A stretch of DNA of 64,000 bases from Podarcis melisellensis. Taxonomy: Eukaryota. Shown in pieces: positions 46,621 to 60,486 of the stretch. The first letter of the stretch is position 1; each line of letters begins with the position of its first letter. The position numbers and the translations under genes were made by a program. Under the pieces are notes generated by a model that was not told the origin of the DNA, ran no database searches, and was given only the letters and a program-made list of their open reading frames with translations. The stretch lies in the NCBI GenBank assembly GCA_964234715.1, contig OZ174277.1; one strand, written 5' to 3'.

Positions 46621-47165
46621 TTTCTAAAGCTCAATGAGAAATATAAAATATTGGGCAGGGAGCATAATTTGCTCCAGTCATATTTGATATATTACAGCCC
46701 TTACTGGCAGTTAGGATGCTAGATACCAGAAAAGCCATGATTTGATTTGCCTGGATCCTGACCCTTGTACGAAATCCTACATTCCCTCCATAGACAGCTT
46801 TTGACACTGAGACAGCACAACTGAGACTGCAGGGCCAAAGGGAAAACTCCAAAAAGGAGTCAGAACCATTCATCCGATGAGCATCCCTTGCATCTTTCGC
46901 GATCTCACTGGTGGAGGATATAGCACAAAGATATATACTGTACACAACCTCCAAGCATAACAAACTGTTACCATCTTTTCTCTAAAACTTATAGCACTTG
47001 GCAGAACAGATGCCAGCAGAAAACAAGTAAGTTCCCCCAGATGAATATCTAGCAGCAGAACTGGGAAGTCACCCCTGGCCTCTTGGCATGAAACTCACAG
47101 CTCAATCGGCTTGACATACCTTTCCCTTCCCAACTTCAAGCAGAGACATTTCTTCTAATCCCCTT

Positions 47166-47390
47166 ATAAGAATGTAAGAAGAACCACATTGGATCAGGCT
47201 AAAGACCCCTCTAGTCCAACATCCTGCTGTCACAAGGATGACCCACCAGATGCCTATAGAAAGCCTGCAAGCAGGGCATGAGTGCAACAGTGCTTTCCCC
47301 ACTTCTGGTTCTCAGCAAGTGGTAGTAAGAGGCTTATTAAGCCACTGTGGTTAGTAGCCATCAATAAGCCTCATCCTCTAGGAATCTGTC
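47166..47390 (-). mobile_element. Old CR1-type 3' end
   Basis: Contains 'ataagaatgtaagaagaacc...ggatcaggctaaagaccccctctagtccaacatcctg'. Confidence 0.6.
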
Positions 47391-47734
47391 TTCACTTTCT
47401 TGCCTTTGGAGAGGGTGAAAAAGTGTCGTATCTGATCAGCTCTCAATGAGACAGAAACAAACTGTAAAGAGTTACATATTTCCCAAGCTCCAAGAAAAGA
47501 AACTGTGCAATTTTCTTCCCCCATGGCAGCCATATTCACTTTTAAATGAAGGCACTTCTATTCTTGGCAGTACTCTGGGCAAAGCTTTTCTCTGCCTGCT
47601 GAGAGAAACAAGGCAGTCGGTAGACTGCTGAGTAACTCCTGTCCACAAAAAGAAATCAATTGAGATGTCATTCTTTCAGACCCTCGCTAGACACATTCCC
47701 ACTCAAGAAATTAAAATTGCAAAGGGTTCCTTAC

Positions 47735-47779
47735 TTAGGTTCGACTGCAAGTTCTTTCTTGGTGTTACGGGAAAAATCA
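47735..47779 (-). other. Candidate small internal (5' UTR) exon of the host gene
   Basis: Minus strand shows acceptor tgtttttctag| and donor |gtaagg flanking 45 nt. Confidence 0.3.
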
Positions 47780-47959
47780 CTAGAAAAACATCAAACATAG
47801 ATCTATGAGCCTCCAAAAAGTTTTACATTACCCCCTGAAGAATTATTAGAAGCGCTCGCCTACCAACACACTTCTGGGAATTTTTAAACTATGCAATTCT
47901 GTAAAGGCATTCAGATTAAGAAACGGAATCCAGTTAATTGTGCTGTGGCTTACTGAGTA

Positions 47960-48201
47960 CAGTAGTACCTTGGGTTATGAACTTAATTTGTTCCGGAGGT
48001 CAATTCTTAACCCGAAACCATTCTTAACCCTGAGGCGCACTTTCGCTAATGGGGCCTCCTGCTGCTGCCACGCTGCCAGCGTGCGATTTCCTTTCTCATC
48101 CTGGGGCAAAGTTATCAACCTGAGGAACTACTTCCGAGTTAGCGGAGTTTGTAACCCAAAGTGTTTGTAACCCGAAGCGTTTGTAACCCGAGGTACCATT
48201 T
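47960..48201. mobile_element. Tc1/mariner MITE, copy 4
   Basis: Same body as 45165-45399; right TIR degenerate. Confidence 0.85.
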
Positions 48202-48224
48202 TATCGGCTTATGGCAACACTGAC

Positions 48225-48495
48225 ACAGACCTTTTCATTGGTGGTGCCCATGTTACGAAACGTACTCCCCGCGGAAATATGAGAGACCTCCATCAGTATT
48301 GGCATTCTGGAGGCTTCTGAGGACACAGCTGTTTCATACGGTCATTATTGCGTTATTTTATTGAGATTGTTTTATTGCATATTCTAATGGTGGATGCTTC
48401 GATTTTAATGTCTGTGTAATTGGTTTTTACACTTGTAAACTGCTCAGAGGCCTGTTCCGGCATTAAGCAGTATCTAAATTGATAAATAAATAAAG
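48225..48495 (+). mobile_element. Degenerate L2 3' end
   Basis: Resembles 46157-46620; ends 'gcagtatctaaattgataaataaataaa'. Confidence 0.55.
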
Positions 48496-48849
48496 CATGG
48501 TTCAGAGAAATCCCAGTGTGTTGAAATGAATCAAACACAATGAGGGGAGTAGAATATGTGTTGCTATCTTTTAAACATACACACATGAAAACACAAAACT
48601 GTATACGGTGCATAATATTTAAGTCCCATGTCCACCCTGATCTCAAACACATGATTGTGATCTGTACCACATCACACAACATCTCCACAACAATCAGCAA
48701 GGGATTGAGAGAGCCAGCGACACTGACCTGCAGATCTACCCCAGATCACGCTGCAGCACAACAAATCACAATTCTCAGATAAGGACTCAGTTTTTTCTCC
48801 TTGGCAATCTCTTGTAACCGAGCAAGATTGTCTTCCATGAATATGGATT

Positions 48850-49030
48850 CAGGTAGGCAGCCGTGTTGGTCTGTCGCAGTCGAAATAAATAAAAAAATTA
48901 AAAACTGTCCAGTAGCACCTAAGTTTATTCTGGGTATAGGCTTATGGTATCTGAAGAAGTGTGCATGCACACGAAAGTTTATACCGAGAACAAACTTAGT
49001 TGGTCTCTAAGGTGCTACTGGACAATTTTT
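48850..49030. mobile_element. Penelope-like element inverted terminal remnant
   Basis: Inverted repeat tgtccagtagcacct (48906-48920) / aggtgctactggaca (49010-49024) around a hammerhead core. Confidence 0.8.
48946..48985 (+). ncRNA. Minimal type I hammerhead ribozyme (Penelope-associated)
   Basis: GGTAT-CTGAAGA-A-GTGTG-CATG-CACAC-GAAA-GTTT-ATACC: stem I, core, stem II, GAAA. Confidence 0.75.
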
Positions 49031-49903
49031 TTAAACACCCCCCCCCCATGAATATGGTCAGTGAACCACGTCTGTACAGTCAATTTCCACATGTATCATT
49101 TATCCATGGTCCTAAAAAACACTGTTCCATGCACCATCACATCCCTATGTGTCAATGCCAAGGGTCAGATCAACAGCTATTCAGCTGCACATGTGGTTCT
49201 GCTAGTGCATGGTGGCTTTTACCCTATCTCCTCCCCTTTGTGTCCCTTCCATTCCCCACCCTCATTGGCTCTCATTGGGGAGAGTCAGGAGAACCCCAGA
49301 AGAGTATAGGGGGAGGAGTGGGGATATTGTTTGATCAGGCAAGCAGAGATGCTTGTGCTGAAACAAAGGATCACCTGGACACTGCTTCAAATTTCTCTCC
49401 AATACTGCACAAACATATTTTTAGCCACAGCCTTATTTGTCCAGCCAGCATCAAACTGTATTATGGGAGTGATAAGACCATTTGCTGAGTCTCACAACTC
49501 TTTTTATAAATGAAACAGGTGCAGAAATGTAGAGATTTAAGAGGAAAAGAAGGTTCTATCACCATTTTTGTCTGCCTTTTGCAATGGTAAGTGCTCCAAA
49601 TGGCCAGGGCAGAAGGGCATGGTATCTTACGGATAAAGATCAGTGTAAACCATGTCATAGGTCGCAGCAACCTGGCAGACACCTCTGAATTTGCGGCCAC
49701 TGGAGGAAATACAAACACAATCATGGAGATATTTGCTGGCTTGAAATTATGCATTGGCTGGCATCCACGTGATAGGATATATTAGGACCAAAAATCCAGT
49801 GCTGGCACACATCTTAAGCACACCTGGGAAGCTGGGAAGCTTCCCTAAAAGAACATCATACTAAAAAGTATGTTCAGTTAGTTGGAGACAGAGTATGTTC
49901 AAT

Positions 49904-49904
<1 letters not shown>

Positions 49905-49944
<40 letters not shown>

Positions 49945-50070
49945 TTATTATTTATACCCCGCCCATCTGGCTGAGTTTCCCCAGCCACTCTGGGCGGCTC
50001 CCAATCAGTGTTAAAAACAGTACAGCATTACATATTAAAAACTTCCCTGAACAGGGCTGCCTTAAGATCA
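49905..50070 (-). mobile_element. L2-type 3' end with (AAT)n tail
   Basis: (AAT)n followed by 'tttataccccgcccatctggctgagtttccccagccactctgggcggctc'. Confidence 0.75.
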
Positions 50071-52312
50071 ATGTAGATAAGGAACAGCACCACTTCAAAT
50101 CAGAATAATCAGTGGCAAGAGATTTTTCCCACCTTTCCAATACATACTAACAGGAACAAGTTAGGATTTTAATTCATTAGCAATTATGCATCTTAAACCT
50201 TTTAAGGTGATGGCAGCTTCAGATAAACTGAGCACAAAAGATAGATTTTTTTAAATGGATGTGACGTTTGAGTACCAAGAAAAATGCCCTGATCCCATTT
50301 CTTATTTGCCTTTCCTTTACAGAGGGAACTGTATCATTTTCTACTTGTTACAAAAATTTGGCACAGCCAATTCAATCCAAAGTCATTTTACTGGCATTAT
50401 CGGGTTGCTACAAAAATGTTTTGCTTCCGTACCAGCAGATAAAATTGATCCTTTAAAATGTTTCCATCAAAAACTCACTCAGAGGCTAAGAGTTTCCAGT
50501 TCATGCTCTCTGGGCACTTTTTAAAGCTTTAGTCAAACACACGCTTAATAAACCTAGAAGAGAAATGAGTTACAGTATTTCTCTTTCTTTCTTTCTCTCT
50601 CTCTCTCCCTCAGTTCTGCTTCAGGACTCTGGCAACCGATTCTCTCAAAGGAAAGGGCAGCCAGCACAGAGTTGAAGCAATATACACAGAATTTGTAAAA
50701 CTACCTCTATCAGGATTCAGCCGTTTATTTTCTTAATTAACTGAAAATGATAACACAAGAGCATTTCCATTTGGGGAGCCCTCCAGCTTCATCAACTGCT
50801 GGAAAAATTCTGCTCCAAGAGCTGAAGTTACAGTTATTTCAGCAGATTTCAAAATAAACACAGCCATACAATCGCACTGCATAGTAGCCAAATCTAGGTA
50901 ACATTACTGGCCACAGAGCTGCAGACGTCTTCAACACACCCCGCCAAATTTTGCTACATGGCACCCACATTGTATATTTGTGAAGCCACAAAATGCCACG
51001 TTTGAGCCATGCAAACGACACCAATGAGACCAAACCATAAAAGCCAGAGGTGGTTTCTTCCAGCCTGTCCTCAGCCCACCTTCCTCTGCATGGATATTGC
51101 ATTAGGCACCAGCAATTATAGCAAGCAAGATCATCCTGCGATTGGACAACCTTTCAACCACCTACACATCTCAAACCTGCCAAAGACCAAATACGAGACC
51201 CCGGAGGGAAAGGCCAGGAAGTGGGGAAACGATGTGTTCAAGAAGAATGGCTCTGGCATCCATTTCATTTCCTATAAGCTCCTCTTTACAAGTCAGCAGT
51301 TCTGCTAGAGCCACCTTAAATAATAATATGCAGGCCATCAAGACAGGAAGGTATGTCTGAGCTAAAAAAAAATATCAAAACCGCTCCTCCTAATGAGCGG
51401 CCAAAGAAGTTCAGATCTTTTTGAAGTTCATGAATGGAGCTGCTCTCGATGGAGTACCAGAATCCTAGAAGGATGAGTAGAGTTGGGTAAGACGACAGTG
51501 GTGGGGGAATCTCACACTTCCTCTGGGAACAGACATGGCCTGCACTTGTCAAGAACAAGTTTGTTGTTGTTGTTTTTAATTGGGCCACGCTCAGGATATG
51601 AACGCCATCCTCAGGGTCAGTCAGATCACTGGCCTTCAATGAGTGGCTTGGAACCCATTACCAGTTCACAGCAGCTGCACTACCACCATACAAATATATG
51701 GCTTTTAAAAATGTCTTGCATGCTGCAAGTCTCATTCATTTGGGGACTTGGGAAGATATTGAGATATACCGTGAGAACGGAGGTGGATGCTGGATTGTAG
51801 AACTGCAGGAGATACAACACCAACCTTCACATTTATCACTAAGATGGTTTGTTAGCTAAATGTGGTTTGTAAAAGAAGTAGACCATCATTTCAATCTTTT
51901 CGTCAGCAGAACTAAATAAATAAATTATGGACATTTGTAACACTTTGTTGTGTTTGGAGTGTGGGGTTGTTGTTTTTTTAAAAAAGGAAACAGTTAAAAA
52001 CCCTGGCAACGCAAACTCCCATTTGCATTCTTAAAATATTCTTTGAGCAAAAGATTAAGGCTGTTGAGCCAATCCTATAAAAACAGACACAGCAAATAAA
52101 ACCTGTTTCAAGACTATGCCAAGCTATTTTAGAAACAACCATCTGGCTCAAGGATCTTAACACAGTCGGTTCCAAGAAGTAAGGAGGAAGCCTGAAGAAG
52201 AAACAGATATTTAAGAAATTAAGAGAACTCACCAGCAACTGATTGGGGGTTGCTGAAACCAGCTAGGGAACAAAACATACTTCTAGGTCCTGAGCTAGTG
52301 TCTAGACACTAG

Positions 52313-52549
52313 AGCCAGTGTGGTGTAGTGGTTAAGAGCAGTAGACTCGTAATCTGGTGAACCGGGTTCACTTCCCCACTCCTCCACATGCAGCTGCTGG
52401 GTGACCTTGGGCTAGTCACACTTCTTTGAAGTCTCTCAGCCCCACTCACCTCACAGAGTGTTTGTTGTGGGGGAGGAAGGGAAAGGAGATTGTTGGCCGC
52501 TTTGAGCAGGATATCAAATCCAAACTCCTCCTCCTCTTCTTCTTCTTCC
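52313..52549 (+). mobile_element. tRNA-derived SINE (Squam2/POM-like)
   Basis: A box 'tggtgtagtggttaagagc', B box 'gggttcacttccc', core 'tgggtgaccttgggctagtca', and (CTC/CTT)n tail. Confidence 0.85.
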
Positions 52550-54159
52550 AGACAGCAAAGTGGCATGCTAGAATATGGATGCTGATCTTCTCCGTCCTAG
52601 TATGATCTCTGCCGAACACTTCTCACTGACTTGTCCGCTTTCCATGAGCAAGGGATTTTGGCTTTTGGGGAGTATTTACAGCAGGACTGAGAAACCAAGG
52701 CCCAGAAGTAAAATGTGGCTCTCAAAGCTTCTTTATCTGGTCCTTGGGACTCCCTCAGGCCACACCCCTCTCACTTCAGCATACTCCTCACTATCCCTCC
52801 TCCATATCCTGGCTGGAATTTCTTCTTGAACTGTGACTGAATGCAAGGGCAAGTGTAGGTGTGGGCGGCTGTCTGCCTTTGTAGCCTTACTGTACAAAGA
52901 TGCAGTCACATCCATTGCTCCACCCTCTTTTGCCCATGGATACAAACACCACTCACAGAGAGCCCCAGAAGGCTGTTTCACCCTTGGGTGAAAGAAGCCC
53001 CAGAGCTAGTTTAAAGATGTAATCCCTCACATACAATCTAAAGTCCCAGAGCACATTATTATACCGCTAAATGTGCCATTTTGGCTTTAACTGAACAGCA
53101 GACACACACTTCAAGGAAGAGGGTTGTCTTCCCAGTAGTGCCCAACTTCCGAGCATTGTCTAAACCATCCTATGAAAATGAAGTATTATTAAAGGAGTTC
53201 AGCTGTGGTCACAAGAGATGTACAAGCATGAAGGGAGCATTTTTGAGAACGCCAGTGTCAAATGCCAGCAAAGCAAAACAGACAGAATTCTCCCACAAGA
53301 GGCTGTAGCCTACAGAACGAAGGTTAAGAGTCACATCTTCCACCCTCCTGGCACCTCTGTCACTGCCCACTACTTGTATGTAGCCTTTGGAAGGTGTCCT
53401 CTGGCTGAAAAATGTTCCCCATCCCTGTTAGACGTACTATGTGACTTTAAGACCTAATACCCAAGTCGGCTTGTTTTCCTCTTCTCTCCTCATTCCTTCC
53501 CCCGCCTTTTGCATTGGACCATATAGATTATAAACCTGCAGACAGGAATTCCAACACACACACACACACACCAACCATGTATTGATCTTATTTAAGTCAC
53601 CCTGGGAAATCTTTTGACTGAAGGAGCAGGGTAAAAGTGGTTTAAATAAACTCAGTAAATTCAAAGCCACGTCCCTCCACCCTCCAAAATGAGGCAAGTG
53701 GTGACCATGAGAAATGAGGGCCTTTCCAGTCCCAGCACCTCAAATATGTCCTTTCACAGCACCAGGCAAAGAAATGTGACCAGACATTCAAATGTGCTTT
53801 ATAGCTGGTTTTAGACATGCTGGGTTTTAGTGGTTTTGCTTCCGTGACTCTTCTGGTGTCTTGCTTTTATGATTTTAACGTCTCTGTTTTTAAAATTATA
53901 TGCTGCCCTGGGAGTCATGGTACTGTAGGGTGGCATATAAAATTGCCTGTTAAAATGGTACTTCAGAAGTACTTACCAGGAGTATCCAGCAGGAAATTTC
54001 TATTGCTCTGCCCTTACAGACTACTGGGTACTAGCTGGATAGCATTTGTTACTACAGTAATAAGCACTAAAGTATTTGTTACTGTAGTATCAACAGGCAA
54101 ATTGCAAAAAAGAAAGGTGGGGAGATACAGGATCCTATAATCTAATACAAAAGAGCTGG

Positions 54160-54360
54160 AATAGGAACAGAGAAAGCTGCCTTATACAGAGTCAGACCAT
54201 TGATCCATCTAGCACAGTATTCTCTACACTGATTGGCAGCAGCTCTCCATGATTTCCAGGTCAGGTTCTCTCCCACCCCTACCTGGAAAAGCTGAGGTTT
54301 GAACCTGGGACCTTCTGCATGCAACACTGATGCTCTGTCACTAAGCAATTGCCCTTCCCT
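54160..54360 (-). mobile_element. tRNA-derived SINE (Squam3-like)
   Basis: Minus strand reads 'gcatgcagaaggtcccaggttcaaacc...gatggatcaatggtctgactctgtataaggcagctt'. Confidence 0.75.
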
Positions 54361-57300
54361 CTCTATTGCTCTGCCCGGAACGCAGCCATTCCACGAACAG
54401 AAGATTTCAGTCACTGCACTTGCTAAGCATAAAACAGCATTTAAAAGGACCAGATTGCAATTATGCACACATACCAGAATGAGCAGCATGCGAGTGCAGA
54501 AAACAGGTGGCAGGGTGCAAAAAGTAGGTCATTTTAGCAGGGCATCCTGTCAAGAAACAAGTTGTTGTGGATACCCTGCAGCGGAGGGGCAGTCAGGTTG
54601 CTAAGACCACGGTCAGCAGGAGGCAAATTCACTCAAAGGCTTTGGAGACTTTGGGGGTCATGTGTCCACAGAAATGCAGTGCACCACCCGGGGGGGGGGG
54701 AAATGTCAGAAGCCAATATTTTTTTAAAAAAAAAAATCAATCCAAGACAGAAAGCAGTGTCATGTTTGTACTAAACAGTTCAAGCAAGGTTTTCCAGCAC
54801 TTGCTCATTCATTGATTATTTTTTTAATATTAGTGAATACGCTAAACAAGTACCCCCCCCCCTTTTTGATGCCATCTTCAGTTGGCCCTGAAAGGAGGTT
54901 GTTGTAGCCTGGCCTTTGCCAACTTAAGGCTCACCAAGTGTTCCGCACTACAGCTCCCAGCAGCCCCACCCAGTCCCAACAGTTTCTGTTGGGAACTGCA
55001 GTTCCAAATATCAGAAGTGCATCAGGTTGGAAAAGTCTGGTGTAGTCAATAAAAGCCATAGATCTCCAAAACGGAATTGCCTGTTAACGGAGATACAAGC
55101 CTTCTCCCTAGCCAGGATTTGATAGGTGCTCATTTCTCCCATCCACCCTGCCATGCAGCAGAAGAGGGTGGGGGAGCGGATATCTGGGGAATATTCAACC
55201 CCTATTTTATTGACTTCACAATATTTTTATCCAACCTTTTTCTGTGGCTCACTACATAAACTAAAACCATTGGTAATGTACGCTCAAACATAAAATAAAG
55301 TGAGAGCTAAAACAATACTTTGCAAAATAGGACAGAAACAATGGGGGGGGTTAAATGTCTTAACAGCCTGTCTAAATAGCAAAGGGGTCGATTGGGCCCC
55401 TTGGGAAAGGGAATTCCATCACCAGGGTGCCACTACAGAAAAGGTCTTGCTTCACACCCCAGTCAATCAGTTATTTGGTGAAGTACTGTTATGCCCTGTG
55501 ATACAAACTACATTTGCCAAGCAACTGAAAGCTGCCCAAGCTGTCTTCATTCCTGGAAGGAACACTTGGTGACCATCAGAAAGGAAGGGATAGTATTGTC
55601 ACTTCCTTTGCCACACTAGTTATACCCTCCTAGAACCTAAAACTCTCTGCACATTTTTTTCCTTTACAGGTCCCCATGACAAAGTTTGAACCCAAAAAAG
55701 GATGCTTCCATACCAGAGTAAAAATAAGCAATTTATACAAGAAGAATCCCAGCTTGAGGAAAGTGTTATTATGGATCAGTTGCAAAACCTGACAGAAGTG
55801 AGAGTACAGCTTCTCTCCCCTACAAGACTAATCAGCTTCTTAGGATTCCAAAACTGCTTTCTCAGTTTTCAACAACACTTTCCCTCCTCTGTCTTTAAGA
55901 CACAAGTATGAAATAAAGATGAAGAAAAAACATGACCCTGATATACCTCTGAGAAGACTGGGTATGTCTGAAAACACATGCATCTTCTTAAATTTCCCAC
56001 GCACAAATCTTATGTACATAAATAAACCAGTCAGCACCCATAAGCACGAGCTGAGGGTGGGGGTGGGGAATCTCAATGAATTGTAAATGTCAAGGATCTG
56101 AATGAGCAGATTTCATAACATGTTTTCATCAGCTTTTCCAAGAATTAGACGCAACCAGCTCATGTTGTCAGCAGTAAATCAGTAAATTGTCTCCCAGCTT
56201 TGCAACTTTAAATTTACAGGGTTTAGTTCAAAAGGGGGGGGGATACATTTATAATGGCCTAGCTCAGCCAGTCTCAGATATATCCTAAAGATACAATCAA
56301 CTGCTGATGACCTTGTATTTTTTTAAAAAAAATCTGTCACTCAGGCTGTCCTTCTGTCCCGCCAGCAAAACAACAGTATCAACACCACAGAAACAGATCT
56401 CAAAGGTTCATTTTGTCTGAGTCTTCAATGGGATGCACATGTAAGTACATCTTTAGGAGCTAGGGTCAAAATAATGAGCATGACCATACGTAATGCAAAA
56501 GCGAGAAAAGCAAGGGCCGTGAACATTACAACATGAGCAAAAAAGCAAAGAACATGAATGTGAGGTTTCTTTCCCTTCAAGTTCACTGTCATCTGCACTT
56601 GACCATAGTTGGTACACAGTTACGGGGCAAGAACACAGGTCCGTGTGTTAAGAAATCTCACACAACTGCATTAGAAATCAGCTCAAGAGCCGCTGCTGTC
56701 AAGTTTGACAAAGCCAGTGGAAATGGACCATATGTCTGACAACACCACATCCTGTCATGCTTCTCTTCATGTTCAGAATACATAGCTCAACACCCTTTGA
56801 GGAAACATTTATTGAACCATCCCAATGTCCAAAAGTAACAGGAGGACAATCCCTTTACTAGAAGTAAAATGTCACAAAGTAATGAGCAAGTGTTTTTAAT
56901 TGCCTCTGAGCTCTTCTTAAGGTTGGATGCTAACACACCCACCCCAAAAACAGGCCAAAAAAGTACCATTATTTGGGGGGGTGTCTCTCCCCTCCTCCCC
57001 ATTTTGTTTGGGGGACCTGACAGATTACTCATAACTTTAAGACATTTAGCTGGTCCTAATAAAAATATGACTATTAACTTCGTGTTATTTTTGGATCCCC
57101 CACCCAAATAAATTAGCATAGCTACTTTCAATGTATGTTTATTTGGGAAGATCCACAAATTTGTTCCATAACCAGGATCCAGCCAGATGCCTCCCTGCAC
57201 TGCCAACTACAAAACAGAACACAAAGTTTTAAGCTGCTCAGCATATCCCTCCGTAGTACCTATGGACATCAAAGGGATGAACCTTCAGGAAGGTGTGTCA

Positions 57301-57419
57301 AGAATTCCTAATACTATGTTCTTAATTCCGATTGGCCAAAGCTTCATTCTTAAAACACGTCACGTGACTAACTCTACTCGTCTACTCAAAATCATGAATG
57401 GGTTTGCTTCCCCGATGCT

Positions 57420-58700
57420 GCACTGCGGTGCTCGCTGCCCTGATGAATCACCACTCCCTTTCTACCAGCTTATCACCACTGAATTATTCACTTAACTGAG
57501 TTTTACCAACTTCCCTGGATGTTTTACGGCGGATTATCGCCAGGCGTCGCAGCAGCGCCCTCTACCCGACCCACGCGGGAACTGTACCCAGGGACGCTGC
57601 CCAGCGCCTTCGCTTCTGCCCATTTCAATTACAGGCGACGATTGCGACTCAGAAATCTGCAGGCACTTGAAAACAACACCCCCCCCCCCCGCTTTCATTT
57701 TAGAAATTGACCTCTCCCCAATACAATTTCCGGCCGCCTCCAGAAAGAAAAAAATGCTCGACGTGCAATTCTGCACTAAAATATAAATGACAAGTCTCCT
57801 TAAGAAAACCCCGTGGAAGAAAGTCATATTGCATGTACCCAATGAGTTCAGAATAGACATGCACAGCATTGCACTGTTAATAATCTCCCTATTCCGTGCA
57901 AAAATAGAAACAAAAAGGCTTCTTCTCACCGACTTCTGCCTGTCCTCTAATCCACCGCTTTTTGCCAGCAGGCTGGCAGGCTTGCCTTCGCCCCAAGAGC
58001 TAACGTGGGAAAGCGGATTTTGATTTTAGAAAAGGGCTGCAAACGCTCGAGAGGCTCTCCTTTCCCATCTCGGCTCTCTCCCTTGTGTTTTTGCAGCTGC
58101 TCTGCTCGGGAGAGACCATAAATGTAGCCTGCGGAGAATGTTTTTTTAAAAAATAAAGAGCGCCCTAAAAAGCTACGATCACTTGGGTTGGACTTACCCA
58201 GAAGCTCAAGCAGCGCTTTTTTTCATCTCCGGACTTGGCTTTCACCGCAAACGGCTGAGCTCAGGGCTCCTGCGCGGCCATCCCGTGTCCGCCAGCCAAG
58301 CCCCCTGGACGCCCAAGTGCACCAGGCAAGGGAAAGGGGCGGCGGAGCCTGCGGGCTGCTGCTGCTGCTGCTGCTGGCGCTGCAGCGGCGTCTTCGCCTT
58401 CGCCTAAAGAGCAGGCGCCGCTTCCTCGTCCAGCCAGCGGCCGCTTTACGAGCGCCGCAAGCTCAGCTAGGCGCTCCTGCGCTACGCGCTCTTAAAGGAG
58501 CCATAGCCCCGACGGGGCGCGCAGGGAAAGAAGCGCCCGGGCGCTGTCGCGGGAAGGGAGCCCTGTCTTCACGCGGCGGCGCGTGCTTAATCTGAGGGAC
58601 GCCCTCCCAATCTGCTGCTATTCTGCTGGTGGGATGCAGAGGTCAGCGCAGGTCGGGCACTCAAAACGGACTGGGCACTTTTGTGCCACAGAGCTACGTC
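57420..58700. promoter_or_regulatory. CpG island / promoter of a minus-strand host gene
   Basis: Dense unmutated CpG outside any recognisable repeat, with a splice donor at its inner edge. Confidence 0.8.
58198..58450 (-). other. Putative non-coding first exon of an unidentified host gene
   Basis: Minus-strand donor TGG|GTAAGT (intron begins at 58197); the exon holds a (CAG)n run and two short uORFs. The 5' limit is approximate. Confidence 0.6.
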
Positions 58701-59589
58701 GGGAGTGTGTGGGGAGATCTTTTCGCAGTTAGGAAAGTGATGCAGAAAGGCACTGGGTAGTGTGGGAGATCAATGGCTCTGACCCAAGAAAACAAATCCG
58801 AATGATTGTTTGATAAATAGCGTTGAATGAACTCCCCACAAACTTTGCGCAGCCGTTCAGAATGTTATATAAAGTATCCAAAGACCAATAGGTCAATTGA
58901 TAGGTTTAGGAAGCACTGGGGAAGGGACATAGCAGGCACCTTTAACTGCCCCACAGCTGACATCATAGATGACATCAAGTGTGGGCAGGTGGACATGATT
59001 TGACTGAAAGCACCTTGTGGGCCAAAATGGTGAGGCCTAGTGAGACCCACAAGCCAGAGGTTCGGTCTCTCTCTCTCTCACCTGCCATAAACTTTGTGCA
59101 AACAAATCAAGATTAATGTCCAATAAGCAGGTCATCTGCAAGAGCCTTTAGCATTGGATTTATTTTATTTTATTTTATTTTATTTTTATTGCTTCTTATA
59201 AAAAAATCTATTGCAAATTGCACGTTTGTGATCTCTCAATGGACCACTGACAATATTCTGTATGCCCTGTATTAGAGTCATGTTGGTAGAGGTAGCCATG
59301 GAGCTTTGAGGATTGTCTCAGTGCAGCTGCTAATTCATTAGCACAGCAAAGAATCAGAAGACTATGCCCTGCTCCAACCCTACTTCATATTATATTTATT
59401 TGCTTGGCTTACTAGCTTTCAGATTTATAGCCCCCTTGTCAATCAAGTGATCCTCAAGTTTGCCGTTTCTCCCCCTCCCTAAATGGAGATTAAGGGCAAG
59501 ACAAACAGAAATGCTTTGTCTCAGAGAGCACAGCTCAGGTATGGAATTTGCTTCCCAAATATGTGACAATGGTAGAGTGGGCAGGGCCA

Positions 59590-59890
59590 GAGCTCAGTGG
59601 TACAGGCATGCTTTCCCTGCAAAAGATTCCCAGGCTCAGTCCCCAGTATCTCCAGGTAGTGCTGGGAAAGCTTCCTGCCAGAAACTCTGGAAAGCCACTA
59701 GCAGTCTCTGTAGATCAGGGATGGGGAACTTGTCTGGATGTTGCTCAACAACAGCATCCATCATTCCTGGCTATTGGCCCTCCTGACTGAGGCTGGTAGG
59801 AGCTGGAATCCAACATCTGGAGAACCACAGATTAGCCACCCCCAGCACAGATGGACCAGCAGTCTGAATTAGTGCATGACAGCTTCTTCA
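59590..59890 (+). mobile_element. Squam3-like SINE interrupted by a small MITE (~59715-59845)
   Basis: tRNA-like head 'agctcagtggtac', with tail 'gatggaccagcagtctgaattag...cagcttc' resuming after the insert. Confidence 0.55.
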
Positions 59891-60134
59891 ACTTTATGAT
59901 AAGCTCTCTCCAGGGAGACATGCCTGGCACCATCAGTAGCATTTTTAGGCAAGAACATTCTTATTCACCCACGTCTTTGGATCTTAATTTTAGTGGTGTA
60001 GATCTGTTTTTCTATTATTTGTGCATTTGAGGATGTTCTAGCCTCTTTTTATATTTGTTTCTGATGTTCATTTGTGTAAGTTTCTTCGAGTTTCATTTTT
60101 GGAAAAAAGTGTCTGATGAATAATAATTTTTATC

Positions 60135-60360
60135 AAATTGCAGGAAAGGAGATTCGGCCTAAACATTAGGAAGAACTTTCTGACAGAGCTGTTTGACAGT
60201 GGAACAGTCTCCCTCAGAAGGTGGTGGACTCTCCTTCATTGGAAGTTTTTAAAACAGAGGTTGGATGGTCAGGGATTCTTTAGCTGTGATTCTTGCATTG
60301 CAGGAGGTTGGACTAAATGTCCCTTGGGAGCCCTTTGAACTCTATGATGGTGTGATTCTG
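60135..60360 (+). mobile_element. CR1 3' end
   Basis: KLQERRFGLNIRKNFLT followed by 'ccctttgaactctatgatggtgtgattc'. Confidence 0.8.
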
Positions 60361-60486
60361 CTTCTCCCATCCTATGGAAACAATTCATTCCAGAAGGTTC
60401 TCACACAACCAGAAGCCCAAAGAGGAAGATTCCATACTTCCCTGCTCTTCAGCTCACAACTATTCTCTGTGCCATTGCAGGAGGGG

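Noticed and set aside
52313-52400. tRNA gene
   Set aside because: A and B boxes are present but continue into a SINE body and tail; no complete cloverleaf.
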